64,000 nt of DNA, from assembly GCA_030390025.1 (NCBI GenBank), contig JASTWF010000326.1, forward strand, positions 1 to 64,000, written 5' to 3'. Shown here piece after piece: positions 40,278 to 53,100 of the stretch. A model generated the notes under the pieces. It was not told the origin of the DNA. It saw nothing but the letters and a program-made list of their open reading frames with translations, and ran no database searches. Position numbers and translations under genes: made by a program. Positions within the stretch are counted from its first letter, which is position 1, and every line of letters starts with the position of its first letter. The DNA is from Squalus acanthias (taxonomy: Eukaryota).

Positions 40278-40552
40278 CAAATAGGGAATTCAGAAGAAAC
40301 TTCTTTACCCAGAGGGTGCTGAGAAGGTTGAACTCGCTACCATAGGGAGTGGTTGAGGCGAATAGTATTGATGCATTTAAGGGAAGGCTTGATAAGCATA
40401 TGAGGGAGAAGGGAATAGAGGGTTATGTTGATAGAGTTAGATGAAGGAGGATGGGAGGAGCCTAGAGTGGAGCATAAATGCTGGCATGGACATGTTTGGC
40501 CGAGTGGCCTGTTTCTGGATATTTTCTACATACCCAATCTATGTAATTCTAT
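40278..40552 (+). mobile_element. CR1 3' end
   Basis: EFRRNFFTQRV coding remnant and TGGCCTGTTTCTG...TCTATG tail. Confidence 0.8.
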
Positions 40553-43511
40553 GAAACTTTCTTCAATGCACTGTGGTGTGCTATGCTACCCAGGCCATAG
40601 CATAGTAATGTCTTGGGTCCAATTTTTGATCTTTATGAGTTACCTAATCAGTGGTGGAGGGAGCTACAGTTGGCTTCAGTGTCTCCCATAGCTTGGTCAT
40701 TAAGACTTATCTACTGATAGCCAATGTGGATATCTTGAGGACATAGCACAATTGGCTGCGATACCTTTCCCAGTATGATCAAATAGCCCAACAACACTCC
40801 CTGTGCAGGTTTCCACATGAAGAATTCTGCTTGGATCAGGTAGCTGAAGGCTGTGAAACTACTTCAACGTGAGTTAGTACAATCAGAAAAGGGGGGAGGG
40901 GAGGAGAAAAGTTGAAAAACATTGGTAAGAACACTTTCAATATTGATCATCCCATATATCAAAAGCATGGCAGCCATGAACACATTCATATGCACAATTT
41001 CCGATAAATTGTCCAAAAGTACGGTTTGCTGAGGGCAACATTCTATATTGTAACCATTTTTTCACCTGTCAGTGCTCAGCTCAGCACTCCAGCATCAAGT
41101 ACTCCTACATCACCGTATATTATTTCAGAGCACGATAGCTCTCCAAAAATTAGCAGTGAAGTGAACACCCTGAAACATTGGTTGGTGTTTGAACATCTAA
41201 AGGAAGACTCAATTTTAATTTTTCCTGAGTATTCCTTGAACACCTCGAAGAAAACTCAAAGATCATTCAAAATGTGGTGTAAATAAGGCACACACCAAGC
41301 TTAATGTTCAAAAGAAAATTGAAGGACCAATCTGTTTGGTCTGCATAACTTAGAACCACTGAAGTTTACAGCATAGAAGGAAGCCAATCCCCCCACCCCT
41401 GCCAATGTACACATGCTGGCAGTTTGCTCGAGGACTCCAAAACAACTCTCACTGCCCTGCTCCCTCTCCATAGCTCTGTATCTTCCTCTGTGTTAAATAT
41501 TGATTCACTTCTCCTTTTAAAGATGCAGTTGCCTTTCCTCAACCACTCACTGTGGCTTAACATTCCATTATTGAAAAACTTTTTGTATAAAGACATCTCC
41601 CCAAACCTCTCTTCTCACTCAAGGAGCATTTAAAAATCAGAGGAAATTGCCTTTCCCTATTCACCCTATTAAAACCCAGCATAATTTAAAAACCTCAGTT
41701 AAGTCACCTCTTAAGCCTTCCCTACTCCAGTAGAAATAGCCCCAGGATGTCACATCTCTCTTTATAACTATACTTTCCTATTCTTGGCATAATCCTGATG
41801 AACATTCTATGCTGGTGAAGCCAACTGTAGCTCCCTCCACCACTGATTAGCGAACTCAGAAAGATCAAAAATTGGACCCAAGATGGCCTGGGTAGCGTAG
41901 CACACCACAGTGCACAGTGTAAAAAGGGCTGCCGACTCACTATCAGCCCATTCTGTGCTATTGACGTTACATACGAATTAGGAGCAGGAGTAGGCCACTC
42001 GAGCCTGCTCCGCCATTCAATAAGATCATGGCTGATCCGATTACTCCACATTCCCGCCTATCCCCGACCAATTTCACCCCATGGCATGAATGCCCTTTCT
42101 CTGCTGGAGTGCCCAAAACTGCACATATTATGTCAACTGAGACCTAACCATTGCCTTGTACAATTTTATCACTTCTTTACTTTTTTACTCTGTACCTCTC
42201 TGTATAAAACCTAAAATGCTATTGGTCTTTTTATGATCTTATCTATTGGCACCCACACTTTCAGGTAATTTTTGTTTTTTGGAACCACTAGGTGTCCCCG
42301 TTCATCGACACCCATCTTTCCATCTAGTGTATGCTCACATTCCTTCCTTTCCTCTCAAAATGTGTTGCGTCACAATTATCCACATTAAATAGCATCTGCC
42401 ACCTGTCTGCCTATTCCATTAACTTGTCTTCCTGAAGTCTTTTAAAGTACTATTTCAGTAATGCCAACCTCACCTTCTCATAAATCATGAGACAAAATCT
42501 TAAAAATCATAAGTTTTGGTATAGAAATCATGAGTTGCTATTTTTTCCCCAACCCAGCCCCTCGCTGACCTTTGCTCCTGGTCAGGAAGCGCATTCGGCT
42601 GTCACCAACTGATTACTGACAGAACAACATAAGAAATAGGCACCTTGCACTTCTGATCACAAAAAGTAAAAAAAAATAAGGATTCCTGCACGCGTGGAGT
42701 GCGGACCTAATTTCTCCAAAACAGTTACTCAGCCCTCTAGTTATAAACAATCAGTAATAATTACCATGCAATTTTTTTCGCTTCGGATCTAGCCTCTTCT
42801 TTTTTTTTTGCAGTGACTGCCCTCAGGTCACGATGGTGATGATGGTGTTGTATTATAAAAGTGATGGTGCTGATGTATGTTAAAAGCAACTCAGGAGGAA
42901 ACGCACATCGATCCAATGCACATTAATACATTTAAATCTCACTCCCTCTCTCACCCCGCTCTCTATATTTAAAAAAACATGCAGTCACACAGTGCTGAGA
43001 TTGCTGACAATGAAATGCAATGGGTGCTCTCTCTCTCTCTCTCACACACACTCTTTGCAGCTCCTTTCCTCTCTCTCTCATTCCCACCTTCCAGATAACT
43101 TTAATGCAGTCCTGTTGCATTTTTTATCCTTTTGCCCTGATCATTTTTGCAAACTGCATCGTGTTTCTTTTTCTACTTATTTTTTTTCAAATCTTCCCTT
43201 TTTGTTTTGCAGTACAATCCCTTCCCAGTTATAATATTAATGATGTGCAAATAAAGACGGTCGGATCAGAGGAGGGACACTCACTTTGGGAACGAGTACT
43301 TCAAGTTGTACTAAACAGCAGAATTTAGCTTTTAAGATTAATTTACGTTTACAAATAACAATTGAGAAAGCAGATATGCAATCTTTGCTCCAGGGATCTA
43401 ACACTTGTGAAGTGATGGGAATACCGTCCTTTGTTACTGACCAGTTTGTGCTACAACACCTCTGTCGAGTTACTAGATCGGGACCAGCTGTTCCATTTCC
43501 TATTCCACTAA

Positions 43512-44142
43512 TGTGAGAAGTCGCACAACACCAGGTTATAGTCCAACAGCTTTATTTGAAATCACAAGCTTTCGGAGCGCTGCTCCTTCGTCAGGTGAAG
43601 TGAAGAGATGCATATAGGCACAGCATATATAGTCAGAGAACACAGCCAGATGATTACAGTTAATCTTTCCAACTGCCCTTTATCACACCTCAGCAGAGAG
43701 ATAATCACGGCAATCAAAGGTGTGGATGGTGTCCAAACAGGTCAGTCAGGAAAACATTACATCAAAGACAATGTGGCAGATGCTGGGGTCTGTATGGAAA
43801 ACAAAAAACTTTTTTTGCTGGAAATCACAGCAGGTCCGGCCGCATCTGTGTAGAGAGAACAAGCCAACGACGACTTGAGTCTGGATGACTCTACGTCAGG
43901 TGGGGTTACATGTAGCGTGACATGAACCCAAGATCCCGGTTGAGGCCGTCCTCATGGGTGCAGAACTTGGCTATCAGTTTCTGCTCGACGATTTTGCGTT
44001 GTCGTGTGTCTCGAAGGCCGCCTTGGAGAACGCTTACCCGAAAGCTTGTGATTTCAAATAAAGCTGTTGGATTATAACCTGGTGTTGTGCGACTTCTCAC
44101 ATTTGTCCACCCCAGTCCAACACCGGCATCTCCACATAATGG
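43512..44142 (-). mobile_element. 5'-truncated Penelope-like element with inverted terminal repeat
   Basis: GIY-YIG C-terminal peptide RVSVLQGGLRDTRQRKIVEQKLIAKFCTHEDGLNRDLGFMSRY (43906-44037), inverted repeats ~43510-43575 / 44038-44103, 12-bp TSD CTATTCCACTAA (43500-43511, 44143-44154). Confidence 0.9.
43562..43598 (-). ncRNA. Minimal type I hammerhead ribozyme (family A)
   Basis: UCAC-CUGACGA-A-GGAGC(AGC)GCUCC-GAAA-GC-UU-GUGA; stem I covaries with the UAC/GUA copies. Confidence 0.8.
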
Positions 44143-44443
44143 CTATTCCACTAAGATGGTGGTTTTCGAGTACATATGTTTCAAATTTAAAAACCACTGA
44201 TCTGTTAATGGCCAATTGCACTTTCATATGCAATCAATGAAGAACGTCATCTCCAGAAAATAATGTGACCATCCAATACTCCACTCTACAATCGCCGTAT
44301 TTTTTTCTCACGCATGCACAAATCGTGGGGTTTTCCACACATACGCAAATCGGCATATTTTTTCCATGCATGTGCTAATCTCAGGATTTCCCCACCCACC
44401 CCCCCCCCGCAAAAAAAATCCCAAGACTTAGGCATTCCATCGC

Positions 44444-46730
44444 GAGTGTCTGTGGGAGAACACTTGGGTACCAGCGATCATCCTATCATAAGATTTAGAT
44501 TAGCAATGGAGAGGAGCAAGGAACAATCTAGAGTGGAACTTCTAAACTGGAATTGGGCTAACTTCAGTGGGATGTGAAAGGATCTAGCCAGGGTAAAATG
44601 GAACCAAAGACTGACAGGAAAAACTGTAACGGAACAATGGGAGATCTTTAAGGAGGAGATGTTCCAAGTCCAGGCTAGGTACAGTCCAACAAGAAGGAAG
44701 GGTAAGGGAACCAAAGCAAGGGCTCCTTGGATGATGAGGGAGATAGAGAAGATGATGAAACAAAAAAAGAGGGTGTACGATGCATGTCAGGTGAATTCCT
44801 CAAGGGAGAATCAGACCAAATACAATAAGTTGAGAGGGGAAGTGAAGACAAAAATAAGATTGGCAAAGAGAGAATATGAGAGTAGAATGGCGGTTAACAT
44901 AAAATGGAACCCAGAAATCTTCTACCGGCATGTAAACAGTAAGCGGGTAGTAAGAGGCGGGGGGTGGGGCCTATTAGCGACAAAGAATGCTTAGAGGCGT
45001 AGGGCAAGGCTGGAATACTCAATGGGTACTTTGTATCAGTGTTTACTAAGGAGGTGGATGCTGACAAAATATCGGTAGAAGTGAAAAGGTAGAAGCAATG
45101 GAAGGGGTGAAAATTGATAGACAGGATGTACTAGAAAGGCTGGGTATGCTTAGAGTGGATAAGTCGCCTGGTCCAGATGGCTTACATCCCAGGTTGCTAA
45201 GGGAATTGGGGGAGGAGATAGCAGAAGGGCTTGCCATAATTTTCCAATCTTCCCTCGATGCAGGAGAGGTGCCTGGGGATTCGAAAGTGGCAAATGTGAC
45301 ACCATTATTCAAGAAAGGGTGCAAGGACAATCCTAGTAACTACAGGCCGGTCAGTTTAACACCAGTGGTGGGTAAAGTTTTAGAAACAATAATCAAGGAA
45401 AAAATTAACGGGCACTGGGTGAGGTTTAACCTATTTAAGGAGAGCCAACATGGATTTGTAAAAGGCAGATCATGTTTGACTAATCTAATTGAATTTTTTG
45501 ATGAAGTGACAGGCAGGATCGATGAAGGGAATGCAATGGATGTTGTCTACATGGATTGTAGGAAGGCGTTCGACAAAGTACCACATAGAAGGCTGGTAAA
45601 CAAAATTGAGGCTCATGGAATAGGTGGGTCAGTGGCAGCTTGGATAAGGATTTGGCTTAAGGACAGAAAACAGCAAGTTGTGGTAAATGGCTGTTTTTCA
45701 GACTGGAGGATGGTAGACAGTGGTGCTCCCCAAGGGTCAGTGCTGGGGCCACTGCTTTTTTTGATATATATATATATATAAATGACCTGGATATTGGAAT
45801 ACAGAGTAGAATTTCTAAATTTGCCGATGACACCAAACTTGGGGTGTGGCAAACAGTGATGATGATACCAATCGACTGCAACAGGACATAGAAAGGCTAG
45901 CAGAATGGGCAGACAAGTGGCAGATGGAATTTAATACAGAGAAGTGTGAGGTGATGCATTTTGACAGAAGGAACAGGGAGAGGCAATATACACTTAATGG
46001 CACAGTTTTAAAGAGTGTGCAGGGACAGAGGGACCTGGGACTTAATGTGCATAGGTCCTGAAGGTGGCAGGACATATTGAGAGAGTGGTTAGCAAAGCAT
46101 ATGGGATCTTGGGTTTCATAAATAGAGGTATTGAGTACAAAAGTTATGCTGAACCTTTATAAAGCGCTGGTTAGGCCACAACTGGAGTAATGCGTCCAGT
46201 TCTGGTCACCACACTTTAGGAAGGATGTGAAGGTCCTTGAGAGGGTGCAGAGGAGATTTACCAGAATGTTTCCAGGGATGGGGGATCTTAGCTACAAGGA
46301 CAGGTTGAAGAAGCTGGATTTGTTTTCATTAGAGCAAAGGAGGTTGAGGGGTGATTTGATAGAGGTGTACAAGATTATGACGGGTTTGGATAGGCTAGAC
46401 GGGGAAAGGCTGTTCCCACTAGTTGATGTTACAAGGACTAGGGGACACAGATTTAAGGTTTTAGGAAAGAGATACAGGGGGGATGTGAGGAAAAACTTTT
46501 TTACGCAGCGAGTGGTGAGGACCTGGAACTCGCTGCCGACGGAAGTGGTGGAAGTGGAGACACTTAGTGTTTTCAAGGAGACTGGATAGGCACTTGAGGG
46601 AAATAAACTTGCAGGGCTACGGGGATAAAGCAGGGGAATGGGACTAACTGGATTGCACTAGAGAGCCGCCACGGACGCGATGGGCCAAATGGCCTTTTTC
46701 TGTGCCATTATAACTCTACAACTCTATGAT
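44444..46730 (+). mobile_element. CR1 LINE ORF2 (endonuclease end through RT and 3' UTR), young subfamily, frameshifted
   Basis: [60 protein letters not shown]. Confidence 0.95.
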
Positions 46731-47070
46731 GCTTTATTTCACTGCGGAATCGCGAGAGTTAGCAATACAGCTATTTGTCAAACTTCCTACTTTAGTGTCT
46801 CAGCAAATTTCAGAGTGTTCCCCCTATGGCCAAGAATAAATTATCTGTGTGTACCAAGAACAAAAGAGGACCCAGCACTGACACCACCTCCAACTCTTTT
46901 CCAATCTAAGCAAGACCCATTACGTTAACCCTTCTTTCCAGTCAACCAACTTTCTATCCATGCTCCTACATGTGCCTTACACCTGAATTTTTGTAATGAG
47001 CATCCTGAGATATCTTAACACATGCCTTCTGAAAATGAATTTACACTACATGGACTGCATCTTCTTTATC

Positions 47071-47985
47071 GTAGAATCATAGAATGATACAGCACAGGAG
47101 ACCACCACTTGGCCCATCGTGCCTGTGTAAGCTCTTTGGTAGAGCTATCCAATTAGTCCCACTCCCCTGCTCTTTCCCCAAGAGCCCTGTAAAATGTTTC
47201 TCTTCGAGTATTTATCCAATTCCCTTCTGAAAGTTACTAGTGAACTTCTTCCACCACCCTTTCAGGTAATGCATTACAGATCACAACAACTCACTGCGTA
47301 TTTTTTTTTCTCATGTCCCCTCTGGTTCTTTTGCCAATCACCTTAAATCTGTGTCCTCTGATTACCAACCCTTCTGCCACTGGAAACAGTTTTTCCTTAT
47401 TTACTCTATCAAAACCCTTCATGATTTTGAACACCTCTATCAAATCTCCTCTTAACAGTCTCTGTGGTTAACAACCCCAGCTTATCCAGTCTCTCCACAT
47501 AACTGAAGTCCCTCATCCCTGGTACCATTCTAGTAAATCTCTTCTGCACCTTCTCCAAGGCCTTTGACATCCTTCCTGAAGTGTGGTGCCCAGAATTAAA
47601 CACAATACTCCAGCTGCGGTCTAACCAATGTTTTATAAAGGTTTAGCATAACGTCCTTGCTTTCGTTCTCTATTCCTCTATTAATAAAGTCAAGGATCCC
47701 ATATGCTTTTTTAATAGCCATCTCAACTTGTCCTGCCACCTTCAAAGATTTTCATACATACAGCCCCAGGTCTGTTCCTGCACCCCCTTTAAAACTGTAA
47801 CCATTTAGTTCATGTTGCCTCTCCTCATTCTTCCTACCAAAATGTATCACTTCACACTTCTCTGCATTAAATTTCATCTGCCATGTGTCTGCCCATTTTA
47901 CCAGTCTGTCTGTTACTAACCTCCTCATTGTTTACAATATTTCAGATATCCGTGTCATCTGCAAACTTTGAAATTATGCCCTGTC
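47071..47985 (-). mobile_element. CR1 LINE 3' portion
   Basis: ALEKVQKRFTRMVPG and AGAATCATAGAATG tail. Confidence 0.9.
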
Positions 47986-48933
47986 CAATCAGTCGCTTCT
48001 ATTAAAATTCTCCAACTTGACCTGCTTTCATCAGATCACTGCTGGCTGTACTTAACTTCAACTGTATTTTAACTCAAGTTATGAAGGGTAAAAGTTTGCC
48101 CTAAACTGATGTTAGACTAATTGGTCTATTGTTGCCCAATTCATCCTTCTTGAACAGATGTCTTATATTGGCTAACTTACAGTTCCCTACCACATATTTA
48201 AGTAGGTTTGAAAAAAATGTGGTCAGAACCTCTGCTATCGCCTCTCTGACTTCTTTCAATAGCCCAGGGTCAGGGCCATACCATCAGGGCCTGATTTTAT
48301 GGTCCATCCCAAGTTCTGCTATTTTTTTTTTTTTACAGAATTAATTTCTTAGCTACAATTGTGTCTAACAATTGTTCCACATCATCCTCTAGTACATCTA
48401 CATTATCAAATATTTATTTAATACCTCTGCTATATATTTGTCTCACAAAGTTTTACTTTTATTATGCATATAAAAGCCATACTATTTCCTTTTAGATGAT
48501 CTGCTAGCCTTTTCTCGTATTTCCTTTCAGTCCTTCAAATCTCCCTTTCACCTCCCAGTACATTTTCTATATTTCTCATGATCTTCTTTGGTATTTCCAG
48601 TCCTAGTTTTATCATAGGAACCCTTTAAAGTTTGTTTGGTTTTATCTTTCTATCCACAGAACTCTATTCTTTGATGTGCATCCTTTTCATCTCATAGGAT
48701 GATATCTATTTTGTGCACTATCCATTTCACCACAGCTCAGTTAACTTAAGCCATATCCTTTTCTATCTCTAAACTTTGTCTTTTTCCAGTCCAGCACCAT
48801 TATCCTTTTCAACTTTTACACTGAACCCAACTATTTTGTTATTTTCACTATTTCGAGTTGTTTTCCTACTCACACATCAGTTACTTACCCGACTTCTTCT
48901 CCCAGAACTAAATCAAGCAAGGTTTCTTTCATT

Positions 48934-49135
48934 ACAACAAAAAGAAAATACTGCAGATGCCGGAAATCTGAAATAAAAACAGAAAATGCTGGAGACACTC
49001 AGCAGATCAGGCAGCATCTGTGAAGAGAGAAACAGAGTTAATGTTTCAGGTCGATGACCTTTCGTTAACTCTGTTTCTCTCTTCACAGATGCTGCCTGAC
49101 CTGCTGAGTGTCTCCAGCATTTTCTGTTTTTATTT
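48934..49135. mobile_element. Palindromic PLE family B mini-insertion
   Basis: 71-bp inverted arms (48971-49041 / 49065-49135, 1 mismatch), spacer is a 5'-truncated hammerhead, 15-bp TSD AAGGTTTCTTTCATT (48919-48933, 49136-49150). Confidence 0.85.
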
Positions 49136-51457
49136 AAGGTTTCTTTCATTGTTGGACTAAAAATGGACAGCTCCAGTAAGCAGTCTTTGATGCGTTCTAA
49201 AAATCATTCCCCAATTACTTCATCGTGCTCCCAACATTACTTAGTGCTTTATTTTTTTTTTTTACAGCAAGCCATCTGTTACTTACCATCTAATTTCATG
49301 TCTTTGTGAGATCAGCAGGCAATAGTTTCTGTTCTATTACCAGTTAATGTTACTCACTGAAGACTACTGATTGCCAATGCCCATTAGCAGTTGATGGTGA
49401 AACCTGTTCTCACTTGTACAAAGGCTCTTCAACCAATCGCACAGAGCATTTTGGTATAAAAGAAAACACCACAAGTAACTGCTGTTTTCTTCCACAAAAT
49501 GTGATTTCACTAACCTAAACTCAGTCTTCTCAATACCATTAGGAAATGTCATTTTTTTCTCAACATCCTACAGAATATCGCAGCAAGCTAGTCTGGGTCT
49601 GACAAGTGTGCGCGTAGGATGGCGTACATCCAGTTAAAGTGGAACTTCAATTATCCACCATAATGGAGAAGGTTGTGCCAATTTGCTGGAGGAGAATAAA
49701 AATTGTTGGATAATCGAGGTTACAGTGGGAATGAAGAAGCAGCAGATGACCTTAGTTCTAACATTCCATTTCTTTTCAAATATTTTATTGAGTTATTCTC
49801 AAATGACAAAATATTTGAAGAGAGACAGTATGGAACAAGAACCATGTTTAAAAGGGATTAACGACAGTAGCAGCAGCTGAGGAAAAGAATAGAAAAACAC
49901 GTGGACTGGCAAGTAAAGCCTACCGATCCATTGTTCAAAGGAGCAGGGGAGCTTTGTATACAGAGGTCCTTTACAAATATTAAGTTATTTTTGAGCTTAC
50001 AAAAGGTTTAAAAACAAACAGCATGTAAAAACAGCTGTACAGAAAAGGCTCTTCCACTCCCATGAACAGCTGATCAATATACTTCTCTATCACTGCTCCC
50101 TATAGCAGAGTCTATCTGTCTCTTCACGCCTGCAAAAAATCTTGCAGATAATGGCAATGCAAATAATTCAGAATGGAATATTAACATCTAAACAGGGAAA
50201 AATTCTGAAGAAAACAATTGTGCCTGTCGAGACAGAAACGTTTTGCATTCCATGTGTTGCTCCCTTCTCGGCAGAGTTAAGTCAGGAATAAAGACTTCAC
50301 TAAATTACTTCATTTTAGTCTTATAGGATAACTCACTGCTCAGGTAATTATACAAGCAACCTTTTCAGCTATTCATTTACAAACCATGTCAGTAAATTTA
50401 GGTTATCTGAACATGTTTCACAATGTAACTACTTGACGACATTCATTTAAAAAAAATTGGCTTTGCAATAAATATTGGTAGCCACAGTACTCTTGCACAT
50501 TAATGCCAATTTTGGATCTTCCCCATAAAAACAGAATGTACATTTTGATGTGTTTTTAAACAAGAGCAAAACGCAATACAATAATGTTCATCTTCTTTAG
50601 AGACTGAAATATTCCATGTGCATCATTAGCCTCTGAGCTACAATTTCAGACCTCCTTATCTAAAATCACAGACTAACCTTCAATTAAATTTCCAACAGCA
50701 GAACTGAGGACTATTATTGTCTGACATTGACCAATACAATTCATAAAAAGATTGGCGGTCAATTCACTTAAGTAATAGCTAGAATCACTGAGGTACAATT
50801 TAAGGGCATGACATCAATTAAAAGTTGCCCTTCAATCCAAAATTACACTTTCCATTTAAACACGAGAAAATTCAATTGCCCAGATTGGCCCTGACTTACT
50901 GCTGGTGCAAAAAAGAGTTATAGTAACTGCTACTGATTTTAAAAAAATATTTCCCTTATTTCCCCAGAGGTAATCTTCATTTTGGGCACCGAAATACTTG
51001 AATGCCACAGAAAAGGAAGGTTGTCAGCCAATCCAGCAGCAAAGAATAGATGGATAAGAATTACATTAATTTCCAAACTCCTTTAATTGCTGTGAAAACA
51101 ATTTATTGGGACACAACACCAGCACTTTTCTGGCAGCAAAGCACAATGCCGATTGTAAGCTTGACTGTTCCCCCTTACCAGCATTAACAGTCAATAGTTG
51201 GAGGAGCATATCCTAATTCTAACACTCTGCCCCTGATTATCCTGATCATCACAGAATATAGCAGCATCACTATGGATAACTAGAAAATATTTTTCCTCGA
51301 TGTGGCAATAAGCATCTGGAAGACCAATATGCTCCCTATTTCTGCAACGTTTGGTAACTTTGGTCCAAGTCTTTCACTTGTTTCCCTCTGTATGATTGCT
51401 AAACATTCCAAAGAGAAGCTTTACTTTGTAACAACTGAAATTACATATTTAGATTCA

Positions 51458-52410
51458 AACATAGGAACAGGAGTAGGCTATTCAATCAGAATGGCTGATC
51501 TGTACTTCACCTCCATTTCTTCGCCTTTCATCCATATCCCTCAAAATCCTTAATGAACAAAAATCTAGCGATCTCAGTCTTGAACATTTTAATTGAGTCA
51601 ACATCCACAGCTTTTTAGGGAGAAAATTTCACATTTGTACTACCCTGTATGTGAAAAAGTGCTTCTTCATTTCACTCCTGATTGGCCTAGCTCTTATTTT
51701 AAGATTGTGCCCCATTGTTCTGGAAATCCTCCAAAGGAATTAGCTTCTCTGTATCTACACTAGCAAATTCTTTTACTATTTTCAATACCTCTAATAGATC
51801 ACCCCTCAACCTTCTAAACGCAAGGGAATATAAGCTAAGTTTATGCAACCTGTACTCATAATTTGACCCTTTAAGCCCTGGTACCATTCTGGTAAATATG
51901 CGCTACAACCCTTCCTGAGGTGCAGTGTCCATAACTGAAAGCAGTACTCTAGATGGGGTCTGATCAAAGCTCTTTACAACTGAAGCACAACTTCCTCCCC
52001 CTTTGTATTCCAAACCTCTTGGCATAAAGGCAGACATTCCATGACCTTACTTGATTACTTTCTGAACCTGCTCACTGGCCTTTAGTGATGTGTGTACCTG
52101 GACACCCAAATCCCTTTGCTCCTCCACAGTTCCTAGTCTCCCGCCATGAAGAAAATATTCTAATTTTTCTTTTTCAGATCTAAACTTCACGAACTCACAC
52201 TTCCCACATTAAACTCCATCTGACGTAGTTTTGCTCACTCACCTAATCTTTATGTCCCTTTGTAATGTCCTGGTCCCACCTGCACAATTTACTGTACCTT
52301 CTAACTTCATGCCATTTGCAAACTTGGATTTAAACTCTTTATTCCTTCATCCAAGTCACTGATAAATGTGGTGAAAATCTGAGGCCCCAGTACAGATCTC
52401 TGGGGGACAC
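51458..52410 (-). mobile_element. CR1 LINE 3' portion, older
   Basis: MVPGLKG...RRLRGDLLEVLKI and CR1 tail. Confidence 0.85.
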
Positions 52411-52998
52411 CATTTCTGCAATCGTTGTTTTAGTCATATTTGACAGAAAAAAAAATTGTTACTTGAAAGAAATGAACTGCTTTCAGTTTTGATATTTGGT
52501 TCAGATTATAGTGGCCCAACACAAGTCATAAAAGACAAAGGGTTCCACCGAAATCAAGTGGATTTCTTAATCTTGTTTACTGTTAGAATTAATTTTACAT
52601 CTTGTAGTTTTTAAAATGTACAAACCAGAAATCAATCAAGAACACGTGAAAACCTGTGTGACATCCACGTTTTGTTCAAACATGTTACACTATTTAACAA
52701 GAAAACCAACTGAACAAGCTTTGATTAATTGAATTTCTGATGCAAATTTCTATCAATTCAGTATCTATTCTCTCCTATCTTTAAAAAGAGGGTGGGTTAT
52801 CGTAACGTATTATGACAGTATCTGACACAAAAGATGATCATCAATAACAGTACTTGTATAATTTATACAAACTGATAATTCTTTTACACTGCTGCACCAA
52901 ATTCAATTCATTTAACATATTGAAGTGTCCTTTGCTAAGATTCTCAATGTGAGTTTTAAAACTGAGCAAATAAATGACAAAGAACAATTTTCCCTTAC

Positions 52999-53100
52999 TG
53001 TGGTCGTTCCATCTAAATAAAGGTGCATGCCAATATATTTGTTGGACTCTTTTTCTGGATTTTCCTCTGGCATAGTCAGGAATCCATGTACTTCACTTAC
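52999..53100 (-). CDS. Candidate 102-nt phase 0/0 coding exon (VSEVHGFLTMPEENPEKESNKYIGMHLYLDGTTT), gene not recognised
   Basis: Strong acceptor CTATTTCTTTTCTTTTTTGACTCTAG, donor ACA|GTAAGG, only one open frame, non-repetitive context. Confidence 0.65.

Larger units (their letters stand above)
42456..46770. mobile_element. hAT-like non-autonomous DNA transposon carrying nested PLE and CR1 insertions
   Basis: Imperfect TIRs CAGTAATGCCAAC / GTTAGCAATACAG (10/13), 6-bp direct repeat CTATTT at 42450-42455 and 46771-46776, subterminal AATCRYGAG repeats. Confidence 0.65.
41366..48920 (-). mobile_element. Old CR1 LINE in pieces (~41366-41810, ~42090-42455, ~46771-47070, ~48090-48920), split by later insertions
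   Basis: Colinear decayed RT motifs that rejoin across the 42456-46770 insertion. Confidence 0.6.

Noticed and set aside
45098..45781. 227-aa reverse transcriptase ORF as an active or novel RT system
   Set aside because: Ordinary CR1 ORF2 fragment, 5'-truncated, with frameshifts and stops on both sides
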